Below are positions 38,557-52,200 of a stretch of DNA of 64,000 nt, piece by piece. Under the pieces are notes generated by a model. The model worked only from the letters and a program-made list of their open reading frames with translations. It did not search any database and was not told the DNA's origin. The first letter of the stretch is position 1, and the number at the start of each line of letters is the position of its first letter. Source of the DNA: Tubiluchus corallicola (taxonomy: Eukaryota > Animalia > Priapulida); assembly GCA_030141605.1 (NCBI GenBank), contig JAQGDQ010000231.1, forward strand, positions 292,516 through 356,515, in the 5' to 3' direction. A program made the translations under genes and the position numbers.

Positions 38557-40199
38557 GCTAAAAAGCCAGAGCACCTGTACAGCTTAATAAATACGACAAA
38601 TAAATATGAGTGGCAATGCAAAGCAAATAATTAATGTTAATTTCTGTTACTATCCTGAATGCTAATGCCTGTGATCTATCATGACAACAATGATTTTTTT
38701 AGGAATATCTTTGAAATTAATCTGGTGCAACTTTTTAAAACAATAGCCTTTAAAGTAATTACAGTATATACACTTCCAGTGCCAGTGCTTCAGCGTTCAT
38801 GTTTTTTATAACTATTGATGGTTGTTGCAGTTTTACTCATGGATGAGCTAGCACGGTAACTAATTAATATTTAACACTTAATTAACTAATAGTTAACTCT
38901 TAATCAGTAAAATTAATGATCACTTAATTTAATGATTCCCTGTTTAGTAACTAATCGTTTTAACAACAAATTTTTGGCCTTATTTTTACTGAAATTTTAT
39001 TTGTGTTTAGGCCTACACTTCACAATTAAAAAGCCACTACTAATCAAAGTTAAAGCTAATATATGTACTAGTTAATGCAATTAACAGCGATTTATTGCTC
39101 TTCTTGCCATCGTTTTGCTGAAATGCATTAAAACCCATTAATTAATGACAATTATTGTGTTACTATAACACTACATTTTTCGTGCTCATTTATTAATTTC
39201 CTGTTTTGTATAATTGCTACTGGTTTCTAGACACCCTAGACTGCATTGAAGTAACACTCTTAGCCTTGCTCGCATGCTGATGTCAAGTGACATTAACTAT
39301 TGTGTATTATATGCACTGACTAGTGACATTAAAACAGCACTGAAGGTAAAATATGACTGCATGTCAGAATGTAGTTTAGACATCATTGACGACCATAGAA
39401 CCCGACCAAAAATTTTATAGACAAAAATAAGTTGTATTAACTTTGGGACTAACATGTTTTTGCATATTTTAGAGATTCGCGCATATGCAGTAAAACACAA
39501 ATAAAATGCTACTGTATCAGAATTTCTCTTGCCGAATTTACTCAAATTACACAACACACCCTACACTTGACAACACTTCAAGGCCAAAAATAATCTTGGA
39601 GTATATCAAGTAAGGAGGCAATCAATTTACTTATTAAACTTTAATTATATAAAAAGTAGAAGACCTGAAGTGTGTCGAATACCATCATGAATCAAATCTG
39701 CGATCTAGTGAGCTGCTAGCCACAACTTTCTGGGTTAATACTGTGCACAATAAACAAAGGCAATAATTAACCTTTCAGGCTAAAATTCATGATAACAATA
39801 TTTAGCTAGGTTAGGAGATATGAGCAATTTTCGAGCATTTTTGCAATGATAATAATTATTTTCTAAAAGTACTAGCACTGTAATTCACAAAAATATTTCA
39901 GATAAAGCCAAACTCGTTTGAGCCTAGAATTTCTTGTGTGCACTTTAGTTAGGACCTGCACAGCTCATGGCTTTTCTGGATTTCTTGTAATTTCAGAGGT
40001 TATCCATGTCTACTACAGTTTTGCTCAAGCACAGACTAAAGAAACAACAGTAGGTTTCAGCTTTCCTTTTCTTTCAAATCTCATATTAAATCAGACGGTA
40101 CAGTCGGTCTGCTCAGCCTCAAAACTGGCATTGGCAAACTACAGGGAGCCACAGAATGGCAATATGTTATGAAAATTTACGAAGTATATTCCCATACTG

Positions 40200-40691
40200 C
40201 AGTGGTTCCCAAAGTAGGGGTAAATTACCCCCCGGGGGTAATATGGGTTTTTTTTGGGGGTAACGGGCACCCCTCTGAAAATTTTTAAAACTTCGCTCCG
40301 AATGCATTTTACGTAGTTTTCTTCTTGAAGAGACTGCCTCCGGCAGGCAACACTGTGTCATGGGGTCCATCATTCGCACGTTCCCACGATCTCTGATGCG
40401 ATCCTGGGGAGAAGTTAAAGTTCACGATTGTTTCTTTGGTTTCTTCTCTATCGACATTTCTGCACAGCGTTTAGAGTTTAGAGAAAGCTAGGCCCCTTTT
40501 ACTATCTGTTGTTTTGGCAACAATACCTGAAAATTTATTCATGTCACGAGCAAACATAAATAATTTTGCTTGCTTGTGGCATATACGTGTGTTTACTTTT
40601 TGAGTTGGAGAAGTAGTACTAGGTGGGGGGTAATGGACACGACCGGGTTTCCCGATTTGGGTAACGTTCCGAGAAAGTTTGGGAACCACTG
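40200..40691. mobile_element. hAT (Charlie-like) MITE
   Basis: TIR CAGTGGTTCCCAAA / TTTGGGAACCACTG; perfect 8-bp TSD CCATACTG. Confidence 0.92.
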
Positions 40692-41454
40692 CCATACTGT
40701 GTAGAGTTCAAAATCTGTCATGTTGCCTCGGTGTCCAATTCTTTTCTCATTGATCTCACCTAAAAATCCATTGTGTTCTCATAAGAAAAACTGCATTCTC
40801 TTACAGTTTTATACTTGCAGAGGATAAATTTTATCCTCTGTTAGGCTAGTGTTAGGCTGTTAGCTGATCCTATTAACAATTCTTATGTTTTTTTGTTTTC
40901 CAAAGCAATAATAGGCTTATTTTACAATTCCTCCCAAATACTTTTATCATCTGGAAAACGTAAACATGAATACTCTTTGAGTCTATGTCAGAAGCATTAC
41001 TTGAGCGACACAAGGCAACATGGCAATGGGACATTTAAAAAGCAGAAATGATCAGAAAGCACTCAAAACTGAAAGTGCAATCAAGCTGCAATAATAAAGT
41101 AGTGTAGCACGAGACATCTGTAACGCCATGCCAAGACTTTCACATGGTGAACCTACTTACTAACATTTTCTTCATCCATCGTGCGCATTGAAGTAGGTAT
41201 GGACAAAACTATGATTTGAGCTTAACTTAAAAAATGCCTTCAGAGCTGCTTTAATACAAGTCCTATACATAAATCAACTCAAACAATTTCTATTCCAAAG
41301 GTGCACAAGCCAGAAATTGTTAGTTATCTAACAATAGATATTTTTAACACCTGCTATAGTAAAAGAATTTGAAAACATAATTTGGAATTAGGACATTTAT
41401 TTTATTGGACATTTATAAAACATATAAATATAATTTATTTATTCTATTTTTAGC

Positions 41455-42420
41455 GGAAAATGGTCGCATCTTCACAAACCAGCATGGGTCATTTTACCTG
41501 GAAGATCTACTATTACAAATCTATTGCAGTGTTTGAACGATTGGACAAAACCAATTGATGTCTGTCTGTCATCCAGGTATTGATGTAGCATGTACAGTGA
41601 TTTCACCCGTGCATGTGACCCAGTCCATTTCAATCATTTGCTTCTTAAATTAAAGAACACCAGTCTAGTATTCGAGGTCTGCTTTGAGATGGCTTAAGAG
41701 TTATTACAACCAGAAATTCATCTGGATAGACACACGGTAAAAGTGAAAAAATCTACAAGGCGGTAAATAAAATTATAATCCCAGACTATTATGATCTTCA
41801 AAATGTTGCCTGTCAAGTAGAACGATGGTGAGAGACATATCTGTTGACATCAAAACCAAGTAAGTAACCAACTAAGTGCTTCGCCTAAGATCCAAGTACG
41901 ATTTTAGACCATGAACAAACTTTGAAATTAACCAGCAACCGAAATGAAATATTTGGGTGTATGAATTTCAAACGACTTGAAATGGAATACACATGCAACT
42001 AGGATTGAAAAGTCAGCAAGCACAGTTATAGGTTTGATTAAATGAGCTGCTCTATCAAGTCGTTTAAAGTTATATGGTGCCACTGTACAAAACAGTCGTT
42101 TGGCCAAAGCTTGAGCATGCAACAGTTGCCTGGTCAATCAATATATCACTCTAGTTAATCAGCTACAGCATGTTCAGAAGCATTACCTTTGAATTATGCC
42201 TAATGGACAAGCTGATGATGTCTCACCACTGTATCACAGATGCGGAACTATAGACCTGATAGCGATACATTGTTACATTGAACGAATCGACCATTTTGAG
42301 TAACAATGACTTCTTCGTCCCAAATCCATTGCCTTTTTACCGAGAGAAGAGTTATTCCCTGCTGGAATGCCTGGCAAGACGATGTGGTTAGTGTCTTCAA
42401 AAACAAATCGAGTGCTCAAA
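41455..42420 (+). mobile_element. Degraded CR1/Jockey-type LINE RT remnant
   Basis: Pieces NQHG..LPGRSTITNLLQCLNDWTK, DFTRACDPV..HLLLKL, LEHATVAWS, RVIPCWNAWQDDVV..FKNK across frameshifts. Confidence 0.7.
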
Positions 42421-43239
42421 GGCAAAAGCCAAATAGCCAGCTGAGTTGTTCAATTTTGTATTATGCACCTCAAACTTTTCATTAAATTTAAAATTTACAA
42501 AATGTTGGCTTAGCTTTCCTACTTACGAAATGATAGCTTTCAGATAGACGGCGTCACAGAAACTTCGCAGTTTCCTTCTTTGATTGTTTGAACATGCAAT
42601 TGCCAAACTGGGACTAGGAGTAGAATACAACAGCCGCAGATACACAATTTTAACTTTTAAGATACCACAAACTTTCGAAACTTACACATACGACACTGGT
42701 CCTAGCAACTTCCCTGACTTTTTATAACTGCCCTGAGCAATCATGATGATGAAATATTTAAGACTGTGACATAACTCACACCACTCATTTTGCTTAACCT
42801 TTGATGTCACGTGCTTATCTGCTTGCTTCTACGACGCTGCAGCATAGTTCTCGCAGCCGTCGCCATCTATAGGCCATTTACGGAAAAATCGAAGAACGCT
42901 TATAAGACGTGTACATATTACTGTATAATTAGGCGATTTTTTTTCCAGTTGATATTGTCATTGTAAGACGCTAACAAGAAATGTTTCAACACCGATCTCA
43001 GGCTTTCTGTTTTATTAACAAGGTTATAAACTACTGAAATTCTCTGCCAGGCAAGGTTAGAATTGCTAGAATTTACTATGAGCATATACAAGTTTACGAT
43101 GACAATTTACACAGAAAACATTAAATTAATACAAATTTTCACACAGAACACATTAATATATCATTTTTATTGAACTATTGGCATGCCTGTGGCATTGACA
43201 GCACCAGGAAGAAAATTTTGTGTTGGTGCTGCCCAGATT

Positions 43240-43342
43240 ACTCTCTCTTTCTCTCACAAATATTATTTCTCTCTCTCCCTCTTTTCTCTTTGCTCTCTCT
43301 CCTTGGTCTCTCTCTCTCTCGTTCTCTCCCTCTCTTTCTCCC
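43240..43342. repeat. CT-rich low-complexity tract
   Basis: Seen directly. Confidence 0.8.
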
Positions 43343-44035
43343 TTGGCACTTATAATTTACAAAGATAATTATACTATTGTCATTATTGTGACGTTCCATA
43401 GCAGGAATCGGAAGTGTGTTACCCCCAAAAATGGTGAAGATGACCATAATTATCTTAGGATGCAAGATGAGTTTTTGTGTTTATTTAACTGTCCAAAACT
43501 ACTACATGTAGTTTCACAAATGCTCAAGTCAGTCTTACAGCCATCTGTAACATTTTAGCCCAACAAAAGGATAATTTAACATTTTTCTACCAGTGTTATC
43601 ACATGGCTTACAACAATTGCGATACTATGCATTAAAGCCCAGGTATTAGCTAACCATAATTACAATCTGACCTAGATATTATTGCGTTGGACAGTCCCAA
43701 CCTGTCATTATAATGTATGCCAACCACTGCCAGTGACTAAATTAGCCTAAACAAAATAAAAATTAAAGACCAGAACAATGTGGCTAATTCAAACTAACTG
43801 TTCTTTATTATTAAATAAAACAAGAGGTAACATGATCTGACTTAATATGCAATAAAAATGTGATATTTGCATAAACTACAGTTTAACTTGTACTTGTACC
43901 ACAAATAGAAAAGTGTGGTAAAAAAAGCAAACTGTCAAGGTGACCACAGGAAGAAGCAACAATAAATTATGCATTATAATTATGCTACTTTCTGCCTAAC
44001 TTTGCAATATTCAAAATCAAACGTGACTTTCAGTA

Positions 44036-44917
44036 TAGCAGGCGCCGCTTACTGGACTCAATTGCTTAATTGACTCAAAAACGCTTGGTACGGGCTGCTT
44101 CTATTCTAATGTACATAAAAACTGTCGGTAATTGACTGAAATAACTCCGCATAATTGACTCAATATGTTTGCTTCACATGCTTCAATAAGACACTTTTGT
44201 GTGACTAATAAGCTTTTACGACTTTTTTATATCATCATAGTTCGCTTTTGTCCTATAATATACATAGAAACAATCATGTGAAGCACCGTTTTGTTTGTAA
44301 GCTGGAACGTTTATCATATGCTAATATGCTAGCTTAATGGTTTCCTTTGACCCGCCTGTCCGACTGCAATTAACCTTGTTACCCAAGAATTCCTGGAAGC
44401 TAAACATATAATCGCTTGCGTAGCTGTTTGCTTTTGAAGCTTTGCTTTGAAACTACAGACGAAACTACTTGCAGGGAAATACGGGCACCACCAACAGTAT
44501 AAGCATGCCAAGCACTAAGAATTTTATGAGAATACGTACATCATACAACAACATATTTTCAACATTTTTATCATTATGAGAACTGTGTGAGCCAACTTCT
44601 TTGCGACAAAAAGAAGCAGCCGACTTTGAAGGAATTTTTGCAAATAAACAGACTTGTGTGATTTAGAAAAGTATACTTTTTAATTTATTGCTAATTCACT
44701 TAATATTTTAAAATGTTTTTCCAATTTTTAACTGCATAAAGAAATTTAAGCATTACTTCGTTTCTAAAATGCATTAAAAACCTTTGTAGTGCATAGTAAG
44801 CTGGTGACTCATACTTCTATACCTGTAATAATACACCCATCGATTAATAGGTTCAGTCAGTTAATTGGGTTCAAAACACTTCGGTCCCAAAGTGAGTCTA
44901 TTAAGCGGCACCTACTG
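44036..44917. mobile_element. Non-autonomous Tc1/pogo-like element, copy 2 (uninterrupted, about 880 bp)
   Basis: Right end GAGTCTATTAAGCGGCACCTACTG+TA is the reverse complement of the copy 1 left end; colinear with 3460-5411 minus the insertion. Confidence 0.85.
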
Positions 44918-46239
44918 TATAAACAAACCTTAAACATATTCAGAAAGGCTAATAAAAATTATGAAAGTTCGTACTACGATATAGTTACTATATCAACCAA
45001 AAACAAATGCACTTATATATTTTCTTTGCCACATTGCTAAGTAATTATAATAATAGATGTAAGTATATTGTTTACCAAAAGAAAATAAAAGTCCTGATGA
45101 TGTTTTGACTAGAAGAATATAAAACTATAAGTCTATAACATGAAATATGATTAAGTGCAAACAGTCAACACATTTTACATAGATTGGGTAAACTGTAGTG
45201 CGAAAGCTCAGTGTAGATGGCTGATTTTTGCACTACAATAAACAGAATTTTCTAACCAAGTCTAAAGTCATATTGCAGCTATACGCGTGAGTTATAGATA
45301 ATTGGGTACATATGTCTGCATACTGCTAATGCTAACAAAACAACTGTTAGCAGATGCTGAACGATGAAAAAGCAATGCATAGTGTAATTATCCCAACTGA
45401 TGGCTTCTAAGAAAACTACGAATAAATAAGAGGGAGCAGAGACTCATGCATAAATAACATGCATGAAATTCAGCACTATCTACAGGAACTGTTCTCACTT
45501 CAACAGCAATTAGTTAACGATTAAAAATCACATCTAAATATCTAAATTAATTGTAATTCGTCATTGTGCAGTACAATACAAAAGAATGAAAAAAGATGTT
45601 TGAGTGTCAAATAAATGATCCACCAACTTCATACAAAAAACATTGCAGCAAACAAAAAATTCAAATTTCTTATTGGAGAAATAAATATAAATACACATTT
45701 TAAGATGAAAAAGCAGAGAATAAACATAAAATGAGAAAAAAAACACATTTACACATGTTGCACTGTTAGTGAAATTGATAAGTGTTTAAAATTTTCATTA
45801 GTAACATTTAAAAATTGTTTAGTTTCAGTCTTTAGAAAATTATTAGTAACTTGATCAACTAAGTTACAATGTTGTTATAACATATGGCATGCACTACATA
45901 AATAAAGCAATGTACATTACAATAGAAATAAATAGATTTTTCTTTGGTGTGATCTACATACGTATTTGCAAAATTCTTACAATGAAAGCTGTCAAAATAC
46001 AGTTTTATCAAAATATGTGCACTTACAACTTAAGCTGATAAAATTTAATGCTGCTTCTACAGCAACTGATCCATAATGTAAAAATATAGGTTAAACAATA
46101 CATGAAAAGCCAAACACCTAAAAAGACTTCAGCATAATACAAAAGCATCTTCACTTGACTATTTTGCTGTGCATGTGCTCTTACACTACATTACAATAAT
46201 TATTAAGGCAACTATTATGCAACACCAATCAAGAGAGGA

Positions 46240-49200
46240 TTAATTTCGCTTGCCAAATTTTGACATCAACTCGATGGGTATAGGGAAAATGATGGTAGAA
46301 TTTTTCTCTGCACTGATTGACTGCAGCGTTTGCAAGAATCGCAGCTGTATTGCAGCGGGTGTTTCCACCATGATGTCAGCTGCCTCCTTAAGGGCACGAG
46401 ATGCCTTCTGCTCACCTTCTGCAGCAATAACCTATCAAACAGATAATGCCACGTCAAAAACAAAAACAGACATAATAAGCGCCTGTAAGTCATATTCACA
46501 TTCTAATAAGTTGATCAGTTCTACCAATTAGGGAAGACAGGTAAGTGTGCAGATAGTAGCCAGCTATCTAGACAGCTACTGAATCATAGCACACACAAAA
46601 GATAAAAACAGTTCTTAAGTAGCAATGTCAAAGCTTGGTGTCCCATTAGAAATCTTGTCATGCACAAAAACTGCTTTGCTTCTAAATTACTAGTGGCAAT
46701 TATAAAAACAAAACAGTATGAAATTGGTTTACTAAAGGCAGAATCCAGATCAATTCGAACATTGGGTGCTGGATAGGGCAATCACGTTGGCTTTTGGATG
46801 AGAAGCTGTTTGCTTCATATGTGTTCGTTTCGTCATCTTTGCGTCGAAATGGATTTTTATAAATGCTTAACTATTATGTTAGTGGTTATATCGTAAGTAT
46901 GAACCCACAATCATCATAAACACAAAACATAACAGCAACGTTGAACCAAAACACATAAAATTAGTTACCTTAGCCCTTGCTTCCCTAGATGCTTCTGCTT
47001 CTGCTGCCATGGCACGCTGAAGTTGTACTGGCAATCTCACATCCTTACTATAAAGAAACCACAAGCTAAAACATTTAGCAACAACGTACGAAGTTCCTGT
47101 CAACGAGAGAAACAAAATTTGCCATTTAATATATTATTTCAGGGAAATATACAATGTGAATTTTCTTCTTTCGGCTTTTGTTGCCTCATAAAGCTAACAC
47201 ATAAATATAAATGAGCAACGAAAAACAATTAGGAAACCAAGAGCAACAAGAATTTGAAAACTAATACTATATGTACAGAGTTAAATGTCATTATACAGTC
47301 AAACTTCATTTATACTGCCTACTCCGTGGCGACAAACGAGTTTGGCATTATAATAAGGGTATTAATACATACATGAATATGCAAATAGAGACATTTTATT
47401 TGCCAAAAATCTGGGCGTTAAAAGCAAGGTTGACATTATAAAGAAGGGCATTAAAACTAGGTTTAAATGTAAAACAAGGTCTGGAACTCATCGTCCTTAA
47501 TTTTCGTTATAATAGTGTTGGCTGTAAACGATGTTCATCAAATATTAATAGCTAGAAATTTGTAGTGACAATTGCTTTCTTATCTTACCCTGTTCTGTTA
47601 TAGTTAATAAATTTTAGTTAATAAACCTTTAGTTACTTTAACCAGCACCAATGCAGCTGGATTTACATTGACCAAAAAATGAACAATCTGGCTGTCCAAA
47701 GCCTATGTTACACTAACAGTCTAATGAAATGATTACTTGTGTGGTGAAGAAATTTATGGCAAAACTAAAGCACATGCAAATAAGGGTAAAATGCCAATGC
47801 ATGAAATTTAAAGGGCTAAAATAAATTATTTCACAAATAGCAAAAATATCTTCCAAAAACCTGACAACAACATTATTATGATGTAATAAAAATATTAACT
47901 ACATTCATACATTAGCGGCATGAGAAAGATATGAGGTATAGAAATAAAAATAAAAATATGAAGTATAATAATTACAACATTCTGTATGAATTACAATATT
48001 ACTCACACTTCTACTCTCTCTACCAAAATTCCCCAAGGATCAGTGGCATCATCCAAAATAGACTGAAAAAAACATAAAGTTGAACTTGGACCTACAGCCA
48101 CAATAATGAACGAACCAATACAGATAAATAAGGATACGACACAAATGTGCAAAAATTAAAAATGGCTAAAATATACAATTTCGAAGTAATTATGGATCTT
48201 CAAAAAAGCAAAAAGATTGGCACGTATTATCTTTGCGACAACGTGTTACTTTTTTCATTAACTTTGTAGCAGAATCACAGCATAATGAAACGTTTAATTT
48301 AAACTACCAACTATATAAAGTGTACAGGGTGAAAGTACAGTGCAACGAGAAGAAATAGAACAGCGACAAAAACCTGAAATCTTGGATGCTTTTACTGATA
48401 TCATGTGCAAATAGATGAAGTCATAAACAGATTACTAGTCAGGAAATGCGATGACTGGACACAGACGATAAACACGGGATATACAATATAACAGTTATGG
48501 CAAATGACTCTTACAAGCATTTTTGATTTAGTCAATACACCACAAAGTCACTACATTCTCATCACCTGCATCTCATGACTGATTCCCTCACGATCCGATA
48601 AAACTTCAGCAAGATTCTTCATTCCGAGAATGTTCCGCAACGTTGTCTGCGCAAGAAGTCTAGTCGCACCGTATGCATCAGCCACTCGTACCACAGATGT
48701 GGTCGGATTGTTCACACGGTAATAGATGACAGCATCGACGGCAACGGTTACCGAATCTTTTGTAAGAATCTGAAACAAAAATGACCAAAGTATGAACGGA
48801 TGACTACCTTCATCAGAATGCTGATGTTTTCTCAATCGGAGAAAATTTTGGACAGGTTCTTGGTACCGAGGACATTACGGAGAGTGGTCTGAGCAAGAAG
48901 ACGGGTGGACTGGGCATAGCTGGTCACACGAACAATGGACATAGTAGCATTACATACAGAAAAATAAACTACAGCATCAACGTACACAGTAACTGATCTC
49001 TTTGTTAGAACCTGCAATAAAACGAAATGAATCAACATTCAAGGCCTTTCAAAGCAAAGCAGAAGCTCATTAATACAGATATGCTAATAATATGCTGGTA
49101 AATTAATACAAAAACTTTTAGGACCACTCCTGCACAGCAATTAAGACTGTAAACTAGCAAAACTATCATAAACAAACTTTCTAAAATTATCTACAAATTC

Positions 49201-52200
49201 ATTTTTGAAATCAGCGTGCACTGCAGTTATTCTTTAAACATCCAGTAAGATGTATATCCAAGACTTCCGTAAGTAGGCTTGTGTAAAAAAATTAACGAGC
49301 TATTTTATTGTTTTGTTTTCTACTAATATGAATTTAGCAATATCGTTTGTGTATTTGTTTCATGTAACTAAAGTTACAGAAACGCCTTCTAATGTGTAAC
49401 AGATCACGATAATTCATTGAATGTCCTCAAACCTTTTGCAGCCAAATCACTGGCAGCTCCCTAGCAGCTTACCCATTAGAATTTTCTGGAGGCAGTTAGT
49501 ACATGACTGCAGGTTATTCTGTCAAATTTTTGAGGTCCAAGAATAAGCACTGACAGTAGATTTACAAGTTACATAAACATGAACAAAAATCGCACATGTT
49601 GAACCAAATAATAAACAAATAAATAAACATGAGATTACAATATTTTGTAATCACTTGAGAAATAAGTGGCTTGATTTTTATATTTCTGTACTAAAGCTGA
49701 AGCTAATATAAAAATTATATTATTAGTATTTTGAGGAAATTTTTCATTAATCAAATAAAGTAACAGACTATAATGGAATAATAAAACCTTACGACACGCA
49801 AGCTAACTAAGATGCAACACAAGTTCTATGAGTAACACTTCGGTTCATATACTCAGCCAGCTAATTAAAACTTAATCAAACATCTAAGATCAAGCAAATT
49901 GCTTTTTGGCTAAATACAGTTGGCATATATACCTTTAATTCCAGCAATTGACCAAACGGTGACAATTATCCATCAACTCTGCTGAGAATCATATCTAATC
50001 AATAATTACACAGGAAGGTTCTATGAATGTAATGACAACTTCAGCATTCAATTCCCATTGCTGCAGAACAGCAGTTATTATACAGCAAATACAAAACATT
50101 AATACACTGAGGGGGAAATGTACATATCATTAAATATTATAGCAAGACCATAAAAATACTTTACAACTACAAAGTGAATTTTAGTTATGAAGCAGGATAG
50201 GAAAATAACATAATGCATATTTTTATTTGTCTCTCAGAAGCTCTAGTGACATTTTATGGCTAACTGGCCATTGATAAATTTTACTGTAGTTATTACTAAC
50301 AGCAATCAATAAAACACAAATGCATTGTAAATACTGGCCACAGTACAAAGCAAATGTGTTGCCATAATACCAAGGTGATGTTAACTAATCAATTTATATT
50401 GCAGGCTGTACAGAAAGTCAAAAATAAATATTCCCGTCATTGACCATCAAGCCAAGAAAGTTGGGAACTGTTTACACTTTTGTAAATATATATAACTCAC
50501 AAATTTATTGAAGGCAAGTTATAATCCCATTAGGCACATATTTTAACGCGATACCGAAAAGTTAAAATCAGTCTGAACCATCTCACTGTGAATATAAAAA
50601 ATTGATATCCCAGATGTAACAAAACTGTACTAACCTCTTGTGGTGGAACATCAAAAGAAACTGTCCTCAAATCAACTTTCTTATATTCATCAATGCAAGG
50701 CAGGATAAAGAAAATACCTAGATAAATAAAAAAGTCTAAGACGGCAGCCTAGCGAAATTGGTTTAATTGTGCCATCAGTTAATAAAATAACCAACTTGCC
50801 ACATCATATAAAACAGTAAAATGTATTTATCAAAAAATAAAAATGACGGGTCATAAGCTTAAACAAAAAATTTATTTTTTGCACATTATGGATAAGTTAC
50901 CATCAAACAGCAAAACAATGACATCATTAGCAAAAGAAAAAGTAGTTATTTTGCTACTTTTGAGATTTTGCCAATATCTCGAGTTCAAAGAACAAAGGCA
51001 CTCATTACAAATAAACCCCATACAGCCAAAGAAACCCCAAACAATAACTATAACTGATAGGGTAAGCAACAGTTCTAGATAAGTCCTGCTTGAGAACAAT
51101 AAAAGACAAACTGACGTATCAAACTGCTATATCAGTAGAAAATCAAAGTAAGCACCATACATTAATAAGTCACAAGTGCATGTGGGAAAGCAGATAAAAA
51201 CATGTAAACTTGTGTATAACTCTAGCACCACATGTTTGTATGACTTCTGCTTAGTGATGGGCGATTAATAGATTAATCGAGACAACAACCATGTAGAAAT
51301 CGGTAATTCAGTTAATCGAGAACAAAATACATGTGTTACACAGGTACTAAAAGGCAGTGTTTTAGCACAAATGATCTGAATTCTTGCACTTTTCTTCATT
51401 TTTGTCAACTTTACACAATGCACACAATTACAAACCACAGTGTTGCAAACTGGGGCTTCTTATTCACTTTCGCGTGATGTGTAGTTCACATAGTAATTGA
51501 GTAGTTAATGAATGTGTGTCTATAAAAATATTTTACAAATATGAAAATGGTAGACAGCAACGAAAGCCATGAAGAAGTTTATAGGCGATATTTCAGTGCT
51601 GCAATGTTTGAAAAATATGGTTAAAACACTAGAAAATTGCTGCAAAAGATTAATCATGATATCAAATTACAAGAACAAAATTGTAATCAAATTAGAAAAT
51701 TTCAGAATTGCCCATCACTACTTCTGCTGTTGTATTCACAGAACTACTGCAAAAAGTGAAGCAAACTGGGCAAAAACAAAATACAAAAGCAAATGACTAA
51801 CCAGCACATTACTTCTGCCAGAAGTATGTTTAGTTTTTAGCACTATAACTTTATTTGGCAACATTAAATATGCAGTTGTCAAAATACAATCTCATGCTTC
51901 ACAGTTTGTGAATCCCAATTTTACACACGTTTTGTTACTCGTTTGTGACAACGAGTTTGAGACTACTAAATCATTTTAAAAGGTTAAAGAAAGAATACGC
52001 ACTGTGCACCTTAGCAAACACATTTTCAGAACCAAAAATCAAGAATGCTGCTTATTTGAAAGGAACTTGTCAGAGAGTCTCTTGTTCAGCAGCTTTATAA
52101 ATATATTTGCAACTTTGTATTGGTGTGAAAATGACTATTTATTTAAATTCATACAAGTGATCATACCATGAGTGATTATACTGAACAGAACTACTTACCA

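Noticed and set aside
12137-48834. Recurrent in-frame TGA codons (Gypsy pol, SLC35G copy 2, stomatin alternative exon) suggesting TGA recoding or selenocysteine
   Set aside because: ADPGK and SLC35G copy 1 terminate normally at TGA; the positions align to Gly or Arg, not Cys; two of the three cases also contain frameshifts
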